DNA of 62,267 bases, the filler included, from Sanchytrium tribonematis (lineage: Eukaryota), in assembly GCA_018985235.1 (NCBI GenBank). It is 5 parts of 5 records of this genome, joined end to end, with 100 filler letters (N's around TTAATTAATTAA, not from the genome) between each part and the next. Parts side by side here need not be neighbours in the genome. Positions count along the whole stretch, not along the records: positions 37,486 to 49,845 come from JADGIG010000221.1; positions 49,946 to 62,267 come from JADGIG010000222.1; 3 more parts are not named here. One strand, written 5' to 3'. A model generated the notes under the pieces. It was not told the origin of the DNA, made no database searches, and was given only the letters and a program-made list of their open reading frames with translations. Within the stretch, counting starts at the first letter, position 1. Every line of letters starts with the position of its first letter. Shown here piece after piece: positions 43,452 through 55,051 of this stretch. A program made the translations under genes and the position numbers.

Positions 43452-44336
43452 TTAACTTACATATCTCATAGTAATACTCCAACGAATCCCTCTTTGCTTA
43501 ATATGACCATCTTCCAATATATCCGATCTGCGTTCTTTTATTCCATGAGTAAATTTGTATCTGGAATCTCCAGTTAAACAACAAAGTGACCTAGGTGGTA
43601 ATTCTACGCAAAATGAATGTCCATCAAGCCCAAAATCCATAATCACACCGTCATTAAGCGTGAGGCCAAGTATGTAGGAACCAATTCCTGTAACAATATC
43701 TGTATGAGGCGATATTCCCGAATTTATTGGATATTTTGAGACAGTTGCCTGATTAGGTTTGTCAGTGACCCAAGGTAAATCAATCAAATCAAAAACGGCT
43801 TGAATATAAATTGGAATTAAATTTGCGGGGGTTTTTATATCGAAATTTTCGTATGTATATTTAAATCCAAAATGTTGAACAAATCGATTTTTGACTTTAT
43901 GCAGTGGTTGTGACTTCAATTGATTAAGTAAATCCTGCTCAAATTCTTCTGAAATAAAATCAGTTATTAAATGCAGGCCTGGTATTTCCGCAAAACTCAA
44001 GTGAGTCTGCCTAGATATTTTAGTTGCAAAATTAGGTGGACCTGGTATTATTTCGCAATATGCTAAAAGCATCCTCTTATTGTTTGCATTTAATCTTTTA
44101 AATTGGTAAGAGTTCATAAACGTTTCAGATTCCTGTTCCGTTGCCATGGTTATGTAAGAGCAATCATGATCAATTCTAACTTGACCATGAACGAAATCCA
44201 GATCTGCACAATTTATCGCCCAATTACCAGTAGCGCCCATGTTTAACAGGCAAATTGTTTTCGAAGGGTTAGGAGAAAATATATTGCCATAATTTAATTT
44301 CAAATACTCTAGACGCTTAATCCGTTTCAACTCCAT
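43452..44336 (-). CDS. AlkB-family 2OG-Fe(II) dioxygenase, ALKBH8-like N-terminal half
   Basis: PGLHLITDFISEEFE, RFVQHFGFKY, NQATVSKY..GISPHTD, HGI and RWSITMR motifs. Confidence 0.82.
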   Translation of the reverse strand: MELKRIKRLEYLKLNYGNIFSPNPSKTICLLNMGATGNWAINCADLDFVHGQVRIDHDCSYITMATEQESETFMNSYQFKRLNANNKRMLLAYCEIIPGPPNFATKISRQTHLSFAEIPGLHLITDFISEEFEQDLLNQLKSQPLHKVKNRFVQHFGFKYTYENFDIKTPANLIPIYIQAVFDLIDLPWVTDKPNQATVSKYPINSGISPHTDIVTGIGSYILGLTLNDGVIMDFGLDGHSFCVELPPRSLCCLTGDSRYKFTHGIKERRSDILEDGHIKQRGIRWSITMRYVS

Positions 44337-44929
44337 GTTTTAAGTGACAACGACTTCCGATTGAATAAAGTGGAAAGAAAGTATTTTAATTGAGGAAGAC
44401 GAGTTGGAATAACATACACCGATTACCAGAAACACGTAGACATGCACAACATTTTGTCAAAATATAACTTTGCAATTATAAAACTAAAACACTTGAGGGT
44501 ACACCCCGCATTTGTTCGAACATCCAGATTGGAAAATATTATGAGTGATTATTTAGCAAATAAGAAAATTAAATGCTTTATGCTCCAAAAGGTGCAACTG
44601 AATATATAAGTAGTGGTGTAGCTATTATCAAAAAGTCTATGGGAAAGTTCCAAATTTTCAATGAATTTAAAAAACCAACAATTGTTCATGTGAAAAAATG
44701 AATGGAAAAGCATCAGAATCAAATTCCGCTTTACATTATTAAAAATAATTAAATATTCGTTTCTACAGTAAAACTTCTGGAGATAGTGGATGATTTGAGC
44801 ATATTAATTTAAAAGAAACGTTTGGCTTCCAAAATCGGCAATTCAGCATATTTCGCTTTTTAGACTTTTTAAATTATATTGCGAGTAATGGTGCACTCAT
44901 AAACGCTTTATTACAGTGGATTTCAATCA

Positions 44930-45505
44930 ATTTTTCACACGTTTATGTCGGCAAAATCTACGAACTAGAGTCTCTGCAGTTCTATATGTCATTTGACTTG
45001 TTTTACGGAATCTACTGCCATTGGTGCTTGTTGTCAACCTATAATGATTTATTTCCCAGTTTGATTTCAAATATATTCATCAAGAGTGGATGTGCTTAAG
45101 TTGTCCTGTCCCATCACTGCATTCACTACATATTTTAAATCAGCTAATCGTCTGAGAACATTGGGATCACTAAGCCATTTGAAGTAATCTGGGAAACTGG
45201 CCTTATTCGATTAGTTAAACTGCCATAAAAGAACAAATGGATGATATTGGGGGTAGTGGTGTATGGAATGACATAATTGTATGGCAGGAAAAATATACTT
45301 GTACCATTTTCTCCATATAATGTTGAACGTGTACTACTTGTAATTGAAATACAATATTGGCATATGGTGGAATTCCACTTGCTGTTAAAGTATCAGATTC
45401 AATTTTGGAAACCGATACAAACTGAGAAAATTTCTGGATTCTATTTGAAGTAAATGAGTCAAACTCATTTGAGCACTCAAGTTATTATAATGATAAACAA
45501 GTGAT
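44930..45505 (-). pseudogene. Third CryptonS-like YR fragment (C-terminal part)
   Basis: Reverse complement aligns by eye with 25305-25510 and 25770-26000 (e.g. GAATCTGATACTTTAACAGCAAGTGG, CGATTAGCTGATTTAAA). Confidence 0.8.
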
Positions 45506-45779
45506 AGCCTTTAATTGTTACTTATGTCAAATTTTTTACAAATAAGTGAAATTTCAGTTACCATCAAAACTGAAAGACGATAGTTTTTGCATCCAGTATA
45601 AATTTACTCCTATGAAACCATGTTACACGTATAGGATTTGTCATAATTATTTTCAACCTTATTTATTGGTTTTGGCCCCTTATTTTAATGGCATCGAGCT
45701 ATGCTTTTGATGAATGATTTAATAAGGTTTTGATCATGGAATTTTGCAAACCTACCATAATTTTAATACGATTTCAATG

Positions 45780-46330
45780 TTATCCTGACCTGCTTGGCAA
45801 ACAGGCTCATGTACCAATTTATCTTTTAATAAAATCAGCAGTTTTCGATTGGGTTAAGATCAGAGCTTTTACTTGGCTACTTTTCGAGAATTAATTTTTA
45901 TTTTCTAACCGTTTGATGAAGGTACGAGCCTTATGAGGTCTGGCATTATCTTGGACAAAATGAATTGTGTAGCTGCAGGCATCCAAATCAGGCATGTGAC
46001 GGGTTCTAAGTAGTCTGAGATAAGATACTTTGTTGACGTAACCATCAACAGCGACCAGGGGATGACCCCAATATCTTGCCTGTGTTATTTTACTCAATCA
46101 AGCTTACTAAGTCGTTCTAGTGACCAATAATTCAGTCTGTGATTAAATTGGCGAGATTGGACCATTACCTCATCACTAAACTAGAACTGTTTCCTTTCTT
46201 TAGTTAGTAAACAAAAGATTTTTTAGCAATAATTACTACGATTCAATTTATGTTGATCTCTTAACATTATGACCACTCTTTGTTGAAGATTTAAAATGCT
46301 AATCATGTCTACAATATAAATTGTTTCAAA
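45780..46330 (-). pseudogene. Tc1-like transposase remnant
   Basis: FSDE, FVQDNARPH and PSKSSDLNPIEN motifs across broken frames. Confidence 0.75.
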
Positions 46331-47340
46331 GTAGCATAAGAAATCTGAAATTTCAGCTTTCGTATCATCATTTGGAGGGGTTCTAACACCAATCGCGCCC
46401 TTAAATAATGTATGCTTTTTACAATGATGCCTGAAGATGATTAAATCTGATACTTTTAAAGTGATTGTAGATGAAAAAAATGCGACATCAGATTTTGGAC
46501 TAGTAAACGGGCCATTTACTAGTATTGAGATTCAATCTGTAAATCAGATGTCTAATTATTTGAAAATTTCCTACATGGATCAAATCAATGATCGACCTTC
46601 AAAACAGAGAACCACTCGTTTTAGTCAAATTTCAGATTCATTGATCAAACAACATCAAATCAAATCCATTTGATTTATTAAAAGCAAACAGACCAAATGC
46701 TTGCAAACAATATCTTATCTAATGAGAAACCCCGAATCTCATTGGCTAATTTTATCAACAGTATAACTCCATCCTACTTTATCCGTTCGGGTTCAGCAGC
46801 AATTGGAAATTCTTTTACAAGCTAGCCAATTCTCCAACCAATTGCGTGTCCATTTGTTCATCCTGCTCTCATTTTAGTAAGGAAATTATTTATTCTTCTC
46901 TCGCACAGATCACCTGGGCTATCAAAACACGTTCTAAAATCATCAAGATAGGTGCTCCATACACTCAATTCATCATTGTGACTCGTTATAACGTCAAGAT
47001 TGTTGTTTTCACACACACCATCAAAACACATCCGTAACAGACACGATTGTTTTGGCACAAAAACATTTCATTTTAAATAATATTTTTAAAATCAGTGATT
47101 TTCTTTACTTCCGGATTTCAAATCGGGAAGTCCAAATGCCACCAAAACCAGAGAAAAAAGAAAAGAAACCGTCCACAAAAGTCAAAAAAGTAGTAATTAA
47201 GCCTTTTTTTGAGTGATCTACCAATTGAATTTCGAGAAGATGTGTTTAAATGCTACTTGGAAAACTAAAATGTCTATAATCACAAGCAACAACAATGAGA
47301 TGTGAATACCATCCTTTAAAATTGTAAATTGATCTTTCAT

Positions 47341-49306
47341 CTACTCCATCTGGCTCGTCTGAGGTATATGGCAACCATCTGTAGCTGCAATAGCACCTTC
47401 AAGTACTGTAGACTGACTCATTCCCTCCACCATTTCTGCCATGACATTCGGATCATTTGGCAATTTAATTGTTTCATTTTTAATTTGGAGAACTAGATCA
47501 ACCATTTCCCAAACAATTTCATATGCAGTGGCAGTTCCAATACCAAAAAAACAACCCAACAGACAGTAATCAATGTTATGTCCCACAAAACACAAATAAA
47601 ATCCAACTCTTGTTGAAAATTTAATTTTGGGTCTACCCCGTAAACTAAAGTGACCGTATAAATTACCTGCTGTTCCACAATATAGGGATATATCCCAAAC
47701 AATAAATAATATTTGTGACAAATGTCAAAACGCAAAATACTACAACTCGTCGAAGAACCAAACAATCAATTAGTACCATATGATGGGTCAAAATTAAATG
47801 ATACAGAGAAAAGAAGAATGGACGTCCTTTATTCCGCTTTACAATGGTCATCGGCAAAATTAAAAGATCTTTGTCCTCATACTAACAAAAGACGTGCTAT
47901 TGAGATTGACCAAATTCTAGAAATATCACAAGAAACCAATTCCAAATTTGTTATGGAAACATTGTGTAGATTCTTGGAAAATAAACATATTCATGATTCG
48001 GGTGGGAGAGGTAGAAAGAGAATACTGAATGAAGATATTATAGAGGATATACAAATATTTATTGATGCTAGAGAAGGTGTATTTAAGCTGTCTGAAATTA
48101 TTGTGCATCTAGAATTAGATACTCGTGAGCGTGCTTTGAGCAATTTTTTACGTGATAAAATGAAAGTGGAATGTTTTAAGAAAATAAGAGGAGTGCAATT
48201 AAATAAAGCACATAAGAGGGAAAGACTGCAGTATGCGCGCACTCGAATGGCATGGAATTTTGGATGAATTTATTTTTTGGCGATGAATCTCTTTTTAGAC
48301 TAGTAAATTCTCATAATGAACCACACCATGTTTGGAGAAAAGCCGGGGACTATTCAAGAGATTCTTATTTCTACTCAGAAGTGGAAAATAGTCCCGGATG
48401 AATGGTTTACATGAGTATTAATTGGGATGGTCCACAATTTATTCATTTTTTCCATAAAAAACACCACAGTGACGGCAACGACGTATCAGCAATTAATACG
48501 TGATCACATGCTTAATGCTTTGACAGAAGAGCGTATTATAGAGAATAGAATGTACAGTTTTATATATGATAATGCTCGAGTTCACACGGGACGGGATTCG
48601 ATCGACATTGTGATTGGTAATGGAATTGATAGTTTATTTTGGCCAGCGCGATCCCCGGACTTGAGTCCTGTCGAAAATTGCATTGCTGTGGTTAAAAAGA
48701 AAGTGTGGGAGCGCCAAAATGAGTATGGCAATAATTTGGATTTATTCAAAGTATTTTGTGCTAATATAAACAGTTATAGAAGAAGAATTCTATAACTTGG
48801 ATGTGTCCACCATCAGTGGAGCGTATTTATCGATTCCAAATCGATTGATGAAGGTTGTACGGGCAAAACAGTCGACACATCGATATTTGTATTAAAATAA
48901 ATGATTTGACGCATACACATAATGAAATAATCATATCTAGTCAATTCTCCCATTTTCCCCCAATGATTCTCCTTGCAAACTTCAAACGGCAGATAATTTA
49001 TACGGACACTTTAGAAAGCCAAAGTAGTCTCAATTTATCATGTAATAATTGAAATGCGTCTGGTGAAAATCTGAATATCTTTTTAAACTCTACATGGCTA
49101 ATGCTCTCTTCATTTAGCATTTCAAATGGATCATGTAATCGATCTCGTTGAAATATCTGCCTTGAAATATAAATATTGACATCTAAATTGCAAATCATGG
49201 CTTGGAATTGCATTATATCAAGTTGCTTCTTCATAGCGCAAAGCAGCATCAAAACCATTTTGGTATTCATAACAAGAAGATCGGAAACAGTATTTATTGA
49301 TAACAA
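47341..49306 (-). pseudogene. PIF/Harbinger transposase interrupted by a Tc1 insertion
   Basis: The 5' part (EFKKIFRFSPDAFQLL, 49012-49306) and the 3' part (GRPK..FGIGTATA..GAIAATDGCHIP, 47341-47645) join in frame when the Tc1 element and one TA are removed. Confidence 0.85.
47648..49011 (+). mobile_element. Tc1-family DD34E transposon, 1364 bp, with TA target duplication
   Basis: 27-bp TIRs at 47648-47674 and 48985-49011 (3 mismatches). TA at 47646-47647 and 49012-49013. Transposase 47722-48795 has FGDES, YDNARVH and SPDLSPVE, with 34 residues between D and E; frameshifted. Confidence 0.92.
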
Positions 49307-49639
49307 GGGTTTGCCTAAACAAGTTATACTGCACTAAAGTACATAATTGCTCAAAAATTTTATAGGTTAATCTTATTATGAGTATAAACCATTATCTTCG
49401 ACGTTCTCGTCAATAGATTATGGTTAAACTCTCGAGGTAATCGTCAATGAGTTATGTACACGTATATAGGAGAAGAGTTTTCTTTTGCAATTTATGGACA
49501 ATTGGGAAGGTTGATCGGATAAAATACATTTGTGTACAATATGAGTTATATTTGATTTAAGTAGCTTTTTAGTTTACCCGCTATTATTTTGTAATTGCAC
49601 GTCCAAAACAAATTTCAAAGTAACAATACAAGTTAAAAC

Positions 49640-49845
49640 TTATCTTCCAAAGCTCCTCTTAAACATGATTCTGGTAAATTCTTAAAAGAAGCACCATCTA
49701 ACAAAAATTTAATCTGATGTCTAGCCACATGATTCCAGAACTTCATGTGAGAGAAATCCCATTAATTTTCATGCAGGACGGCGCAAAGTGCCATACTAGT
49801 GCTGAAACAATTTCCTTCCTAAATCGAGAAGGCGTTATTTTATTT
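49640..49845 (+). pseudogene. Tc1-like transposase fragment
   Basis: LIFMQDGAKCHTSAETISFL motif at the contig end. Confidence 0.6.
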
Positions 49846-49945
49846 NNNNNNNNNNNNNNNNNNNNNNNNNNNNNNNNNNNNNNNNNNNNTTAATTAATTA
49901 ANNNNNNNNNNNNNNNNNNNNNNNNNNNNNNNNNNNNNNNNNNNN
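49846..49945. other. Artificial contig-joining linker
   Basis: N44-TTAATTAATTAA-N44. Confidence 0.98.
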
Positions 49946-50109
49946 CCAATAAATTCATCATTTTCATGAATAATTAATTTAGAGTAATAAATTTGAATGG
50001 CTATTTTTGACCATGATTGACATACTGTAAACAATCTAGTCAATTGTTGAGGAAAGAATTCTTTGGTAAAAATCAATTTTAAAATATCTTCAGGCAATTT
50101 TCGATTCAT
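49946..50109 (-). CDS. F-box-like protein N-terminus (truncated), copy 1
   Basis: KLPEDILKLIF..LFTVCQSWSKIA F-box pattern. Confidence 0.75.
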
Positions 50110-50190
50110 TTTATTGTTTCAAGGATAAGGATATCGAAATATCATGTAGTACCTAAAAAACCGTATACTAAAGGGGAATTTTCTTCAAAC

Positions 50191-50987
50191 ATGCTCTTGC
50201 TTTCGTTGCTGCTGCTTTGCCAAAGTACAACACCATTAACACCAGTGCTTCAAATTATGAAATCACTGTCAGATATAGGTCGCAACTCCTTATCTCTTGC
50301 AAATCAGTGCTATGGAAGATATGTGAGAAACAATGTTTGTGAAATTCTTAATTTTCCATTTGAAACAGTTCATTCATTACAGCGTCAATTGAAAACTGCC
50401 ATACAAGAATTAGATTGTGAAAGTTCTAAAGATTTATACAGTTTTATCAAATTAAATTCAAATATCGTGGTTTTAGCACTTGTAGCTTTATTTCTAGAAG
50501 CAGCTTCTGTCAAAAATATGCAATTTTTATTTGGAATTTGGGGTGATAATGATGGAAATGAAGAGTATGGCAATTTGTATTTCTTAAACTTTATGGATAA
50601 ATCTGAGTGTCGCATCAAAGATTTACCCAAGAATTATGCTAACTTTGGAATGGTTGCGAAATCAAATTTATTAAAGGCTGTCATTTGCGATGCTCAATTT
50701 ATAGCTGCGCTGAAAGTCAGATAAGTTCTTGTCAACGCGATCCTTCAGATGAACTCGCCGACATGTGCAACGTAGATGTACATTTAGGTTGCAATCGTAG
50801 AGCCAAAATTAATCAAGAACAGGCAATGACTGCCCGTAGAAAAGCCTGGAATGGTGTAAAACAAGAATTAACGCTTGAAATTGAAGAAATGTTTTTGATT
50901 ATGGCATTGTTTTTTACACTAAGATCATTGGCTAAAAGACGATCCTGTCAAAAAGATATCTTGCCCCGGTTTATTGAAGCAATTTAA
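50191..50987 (+). CDS. Hypothetical secreted/membrane Cys-containing protein, split by an apparent frameshift near 50640
   Basis: Signal-like N-terminus in 50191-50724. The overlapping frame 50643-50987 is Cys-rich with a C-terminal TM segment. Confidence 0.45.
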
Positions 50988-51011
50988 AACTTGTGCAAAT
51001 TAATAAATTCT

Positions 51012-51380
51012 TTAATTTTCATCACTGCTTGAATAATCCACTAATTTAGGTTTCTTGACAACTCTTTCCTCTTCAATCCGAGGATTCTCCACTCTTTTTC
51101 TCTCCATTTTTTGCAATTTTCTAAATTTGACCATTTCCATTTCTTCATTCTTCAATTTCTCACTCTCTTTATCAATAATATCCTGTATAAATTCCTTATC
51201 ATGTACATTTAATCCACCATGTTCTCTTTCATAATTAATTTTAATGGTTTTTAATTCTTCTTTTTGTTTATTTTGTTGTAATAATTCATGGTATATATCA
51301 TTTGGATTCTCATTAGTTGATTTGGCTAATTTATTGGCTTTTTGACGTAATTTGATGGTATCTGTGTCAGCAACATTCAT
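51012..51380 (-). CDS. FAM192A/Fyv6 (NIP30)-like nuclear protein
   Basis: IYHELLQQNKQKEE..GLNVHDKEFI..KFRKLQ pattern and a LVDYSSSDE tail. Confidence 0.55.
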   Translation of the reverse strand: MNVADTDTIKLRQKANKLAKSTNENPNDIYHELLQQNKQKEELKTIKINYEREHGGLNVHDKEFIQDIIDKESEKLKNEEMEMVKFRKLQKMERKRVENPRIEEERVVKKPKLVDYSSSDEN

Positions 51381-51441
51381 TTTTCTGAGAATAAATGGGA
51401 GACGACGTTGTTTGAAAAGGAGAATTTTGCAATTTGACAGG

Positions 51442-52078
51442 ATGAAACGCACACTCATTTTTCTACATGGTATTTCCAATTCATTCAGGTTTAGGTGATC
51501 AAGGTAGTTCATGGAATGATCTCAAATCATTCTTTAAAGGTTGGAAATGCATTTTCCCAAATGCCCCAGTCCAACCTGTCGCCATCAATGGCAATTTACC
51601 ATGTCCCTCATGGTATAATATTTACAGCCTCACAGACCATTCCAATCAAGACCAAGTCGGTCTACTCCAAACCCGTCAATTTATCCATGATTTAATCAAG
51701 AAAGAAATGAATGACGGCGTCCATCCCAAGAATATCATAATTGGTGGATTCTCACAAGGTGCTGTCTGTTCCCTACTTACCGGTCTCACATTGGAAGTAG
51801 AATTAGGTGGTATTATCGCACTTAGTGGCTATTTACCCATTAAAGACCATGTCAAACAGAGTAAAATCCAACATATTCCCATTTTCATGGCGCACGGCAC
51901 AGAAGATCAAGTCATTCCCTATAAATTCAGTCTACAAACACGCCACGCATTAGATGATTTGGATATCAAATATACTTTTAAATCATACGAATTTGGACAC
52001 ACTGCAGATGCCAAAGAATTACAAGATATGCAAAATTGGGTGACAGAATTATACAGAGATAATAAATCGGAATTATAA
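51442..52078 (+). CDS. Acyl-protein thioesterase 1 / lysophospholipase; 19-nt intron at 51470-51488
   Basis: Spliced N-terminus MKRTLIFLHGLGDQG, then FPNAP, GGFSQG, HGTEDQVIP and GH catalytic motifs. Confidence 0.93.
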
Positions 52079-52226
52079 TTTAATATCAATTGTTGATTCC
52101 AAAAGTGATTCCATTGCATTTTGTGACGCGAAATTATCTGTATTACATCATTTGATCATTCTATTGGTGAATGATTGGTTTAAAATGACAATCATTTCAC
52201 AAGATTTTCTCCGTTTAATTTCAAAA

Positions 52227-53312
52227 ATGCATTCGATTGGCATGGGATACGATGTGAAAGATGCATTCGACGAAGAAACATTGCTAGATGAGAAGGAATA
52301 CAAAGTACAATTTAACAAAAGCAGAAGTATGAGAAGAAATATTAAAATATGGCTTCTTATTGGCATTATACTGTCAATTTTACTATTTCTACACCCGAAT
52401 CAATACAAATCAGACCATTTAAAGCCATTATTACCACTAGAGAACCCTCCCGAAATTAATTATTCATTTAATATCTCAAAGAATATCTTCATGGCCATTA
52501 AAAACAATGAATTCTCAGCAAATCAAAGATTATCCATTGAATCTATCCCACCAGATTATCATTTATTCAAATTTAAAGATGAAGATTGCGAATTATTTAT
52601 TAATTCAACTTTGCCAAAATATGCTGAAATGTTGAAATCATTCAGACATGGCATTATGAAATCAGATTTCTGTAGATATGCTTATATTTATCAATATGGT
52701 GGTACTTATATGGACAGTGATATTGTCATGAGAAATGTGCCTCAAAATTGGACTCATGAAATTCCAAAACATTTCATCAATAAAAAACCCATTAAAATGG
52801 TTGTTGGAATAGAGCATATGCAACCATCCTATTCTCAAATTGTCCAATGGTCATTTGCAGCTGATAAACACCATTTTATCATGAAATATTGCATGGATGA
52901 AATATTACTCAGTTTTGAAATGGCTCCTCATCGATTTAATAATCCCAATTTAATAGATAATGATGTGATTGAATTAACAGGCCCAACTGTTTTGAGTAGA
53001 GCAGTTTTGGCGTATGTGCTGGAACAAGGAGGAGAAAACAAAGACTTGAAATGGGCCAATTTGCCACTTCATATCGGTGATTTATACGTGGCCAGTCATC
53101 ATGTATTGAATTGTCATGATGACATTGATGGAAATTGCGTATCTAAAGAGTCTATAAAGCATTTATACGCTGGATCGTGGAGAAAAATTCCTATGGACTT
53201 TTTGGGCACTGGCAGCCAACCACCCATTGGTAATACGGGTCCAATATCCATATCTGATGAACTACAACGACAAAGTCCATTGACTTATCAGCCACCTCTT
53301 TCAATAAATTAA
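52227..53312 (+). CDS. GT32 glycosyltransferase (Och1-like alpha-1,6-mannosyltransferase)
   Basis: Type II TM anchor with KSDFCRY..YGGTYMDSD, VGIE, QIVQW and LTGP. Start codon uncertain. Confidence 0.85.
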   Translation: MHSIGMGYDVKDAFDEETLLDEKEYKVQFNKSRSMRRNIKIWLLIGIILSILLFLHPNQYKSDHLKPLLPLENPPEINYSFNISKNIFMAIKNNEFSANQRLSIESIPPDYHLFKFKDEDCELFINSTLPKYAEMLKSFRHGIMKSDFCRYAYIYQYGGTYMDSDIVMRNVPQNWTHEIPKHFINKKPIKMVVGIEHMQPSYSQIVQWSFAADKHHFIMKYCMDEILLSFEMAPHRFNNPNLIDNDVIELTGPTVLSRAVLAYVLEQGGENKDLKWANLPLHIGDLYVASHHVLNCHDDIDGNCVSKESIKHLYAGSWRKIPMDFLGTGSQPPIGNTGPISISDELQRQSPLTYQPPLSIN

Positions 53313-53317
53313 TTTAT

Positions 53318-54007
53318 TTATAATTGCATATATTGTGAATTTCCACTTATTTTATGTCTAATCCAATTGAAACCATCTTCTAATGCATATCCGATGCGTC
53401 TAAATAGCCATAAATGTGGAACAATATCCAATCCACGGTCTTTTAAAACAAAGAAACGATAAGCCATGTGTAATGCGAAATAACAAGATAAAATGATGAG
53501 CAAGATGCTAAACCATCCTAATCCTTGACTTGTAGGTGCTGGATTGCCATTTCCATTGTTATTTCCTTGAGAAACGTGCTTAAATTTGGAATTTGCAATT
53601 TCAATCATTGCAGTTTTATCTGTGTTTCCACGAGAATGAAAGGTTTCAGAGACTGTGACACTCTTTGATTCTGTGTCAAATGCCAATTTTAAAGTGGTAA
53701 TATAATGGATTCCATTGGTAGTCGTTTCATATCTCAAAACGAGTCTAAAGGGTGATTTTTCAACGGATATTTCTGGTGAATCATTTGTATTCCACATTTC
53801 TGTGACTGTCGTATCGTCTTTTGTGTAGATTAAACAGCTATTTCCACAAGCATCACTCACTTTTCTACATGGATTGACTCTAAATGTTTGACCAAATGGT
53901 TTAGATTCTAACTCGAAATCAGTTGTTGGAATGGATGATATATCAAATGTCTCATCATCTTTGACGATTTTAGAACAATCTAGAGCAAATAAAAGTTGCA
54001 AAAACAT
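53318..54007 (-). CDS. Atg27 / mannose-6-phosphate-receptor-like type I membrane protein
   Basis: Signal peptide, lumenal NPC motif, TM segment GWFSILLIILSCYF, RGLDIVPH..F and a C-terminal YxxL. Confidence 0.7.
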   Translation of the reverse strand: MFLQLLFALDCSKIVKDDETFDISSIPTTDFELESKPFGQTFRVNPCRKVSDACGNSCLIYTKDDTTVTEMWNTNDSPEISVEKSPFRLVLRYETTTNGIHYITTLKLAFDTESKSVTVSETFHSRGNTDKTAMIEIANSKFKHVSQGNNNGNGNPAPTSQGLGWFSILLIILSCYFALHMAYRFFVLKDRGLDIVPHLWLFRRIGYALEDGFNWIRHKISGNSQYMQL

Positions 54008-54244
54008 GTTTCACCCTCTTAAAAATTATGGTTTGTTTGAAATTGTGAGTTTTTACTTGATTTCCTTTTAAAAACCATAAATCAATAGATCGACGTCATT
54101 ACCAAAACACGATCCGCATCAAATAACCATCGAATCAACCTTGCCGACGTGGCGTCACTCAGTTTCCCCCTTGTAAAAACACGTGCGATCGGCATGTGTT
54201 ATCGAATCCGATGATTTTTAGTCGATCTGAAAGGATCAAACTAA

Positions 54245-55051
54245 ATGTCAGCACTTTCCAATATCTCTGGATACGATATTATCGCATTTGCTCTATGGGG
54301 AGCTGATGTATTGTTATTTTTCCAATGTATGTGCAAGTCATATTTCGTATTCCCTCATAAAAATAGAAAATTTTACATGTTACTGGTGAGCGGCTTAATA
54401 GGGGGCATTATATTCGCAACAACTACGATAATTACTTCATATTTTCTAGTTGGAAACGTTCCCGTAAGTATATTTGGCCTCGTAGCGTGGTTTGTCATGA
54501 TTGTGAATTGTTACTTTGTTTATTCGATTCGAATCCAATCTATGGGTGGCTATAATAGATTTGACAAGTTTGCTGCTAAAATTCCATGGATATTCATTAT
54601 CGTGACACTCCCGATCTTTTTAATCGTCGTGGTCACTTATTTCCTCGTAAATGACCAAGCAAAAGAGATTTTGAAAGAAGTATCACTGGTATTGGGCATT
54701 ATATTTAGTGTATTAATCACTGTGAGTGAAGCATTTCTATATTTGGTCTTATTGCAAAAAGTACGTGAAATATTAGAATATCGAACGACTGCTAAAAAGA
54801 AGCTGGTGTGGGAGTTGTCATTTGCTTTGGTGCTGATTGTGATATTGGATGTGCTATTGATTATATCTAAAGTGGCTATAGTGAGCTTGGATAAAAATTT
54901 GAGGCCGTTTACGTATTTATTAAGATTTGTTTATATTGTGCGATTTTACGATGATTTATTGGAAGATGTGAATCAATCTTATTTATCAAATATATCACGA
55001 CATGATTCTTATCATATAGAGTCAAAATCACTTGAATACCTGGAAGAATAA
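54245..55051 (+). CDS. Multi-pass (about 7 TM) membrane protein
   Basis: About seven hydrophobic segments. Paralogous to 55320-56108 (shared LVSG, YxxxIxxL, KxPW, xEx(F)xY and FYD(D/E)L motifs). Confidence 0.7.
   Translation: MSALSNISGYDIIAFALWGADVLLFFQCMCKSYFVFPHKNRKFYMLLVSGLIGGIIFATTTIITSYFLVGNVPVSIFGLVAWFVMIVNCYFVYSIRIQSMGGYNRFDKFAAKIPWIFIIVTLPIFLIVVVTYFLVNDQAKEILKEVSLVLGIIFSVLITVSEAFLYLVLLQKVREILEYRTTAKKKLVWELSFALVLIVILDVLLIISKVAIVSLDKNLRPFTYLLRFVYIVRFYDDLLEDVNQSYLSNISRHDSYHIESKSLEYLEE

Noticed and set aside
48751..48773. Intron-like GTATTTTGTGCTAATATAAACAG in the Tc1 transposase
   Set aside because: Removing these 23 nt gives an immediate stop. It may be a decayed intron, but it cannot be supported as it stands.
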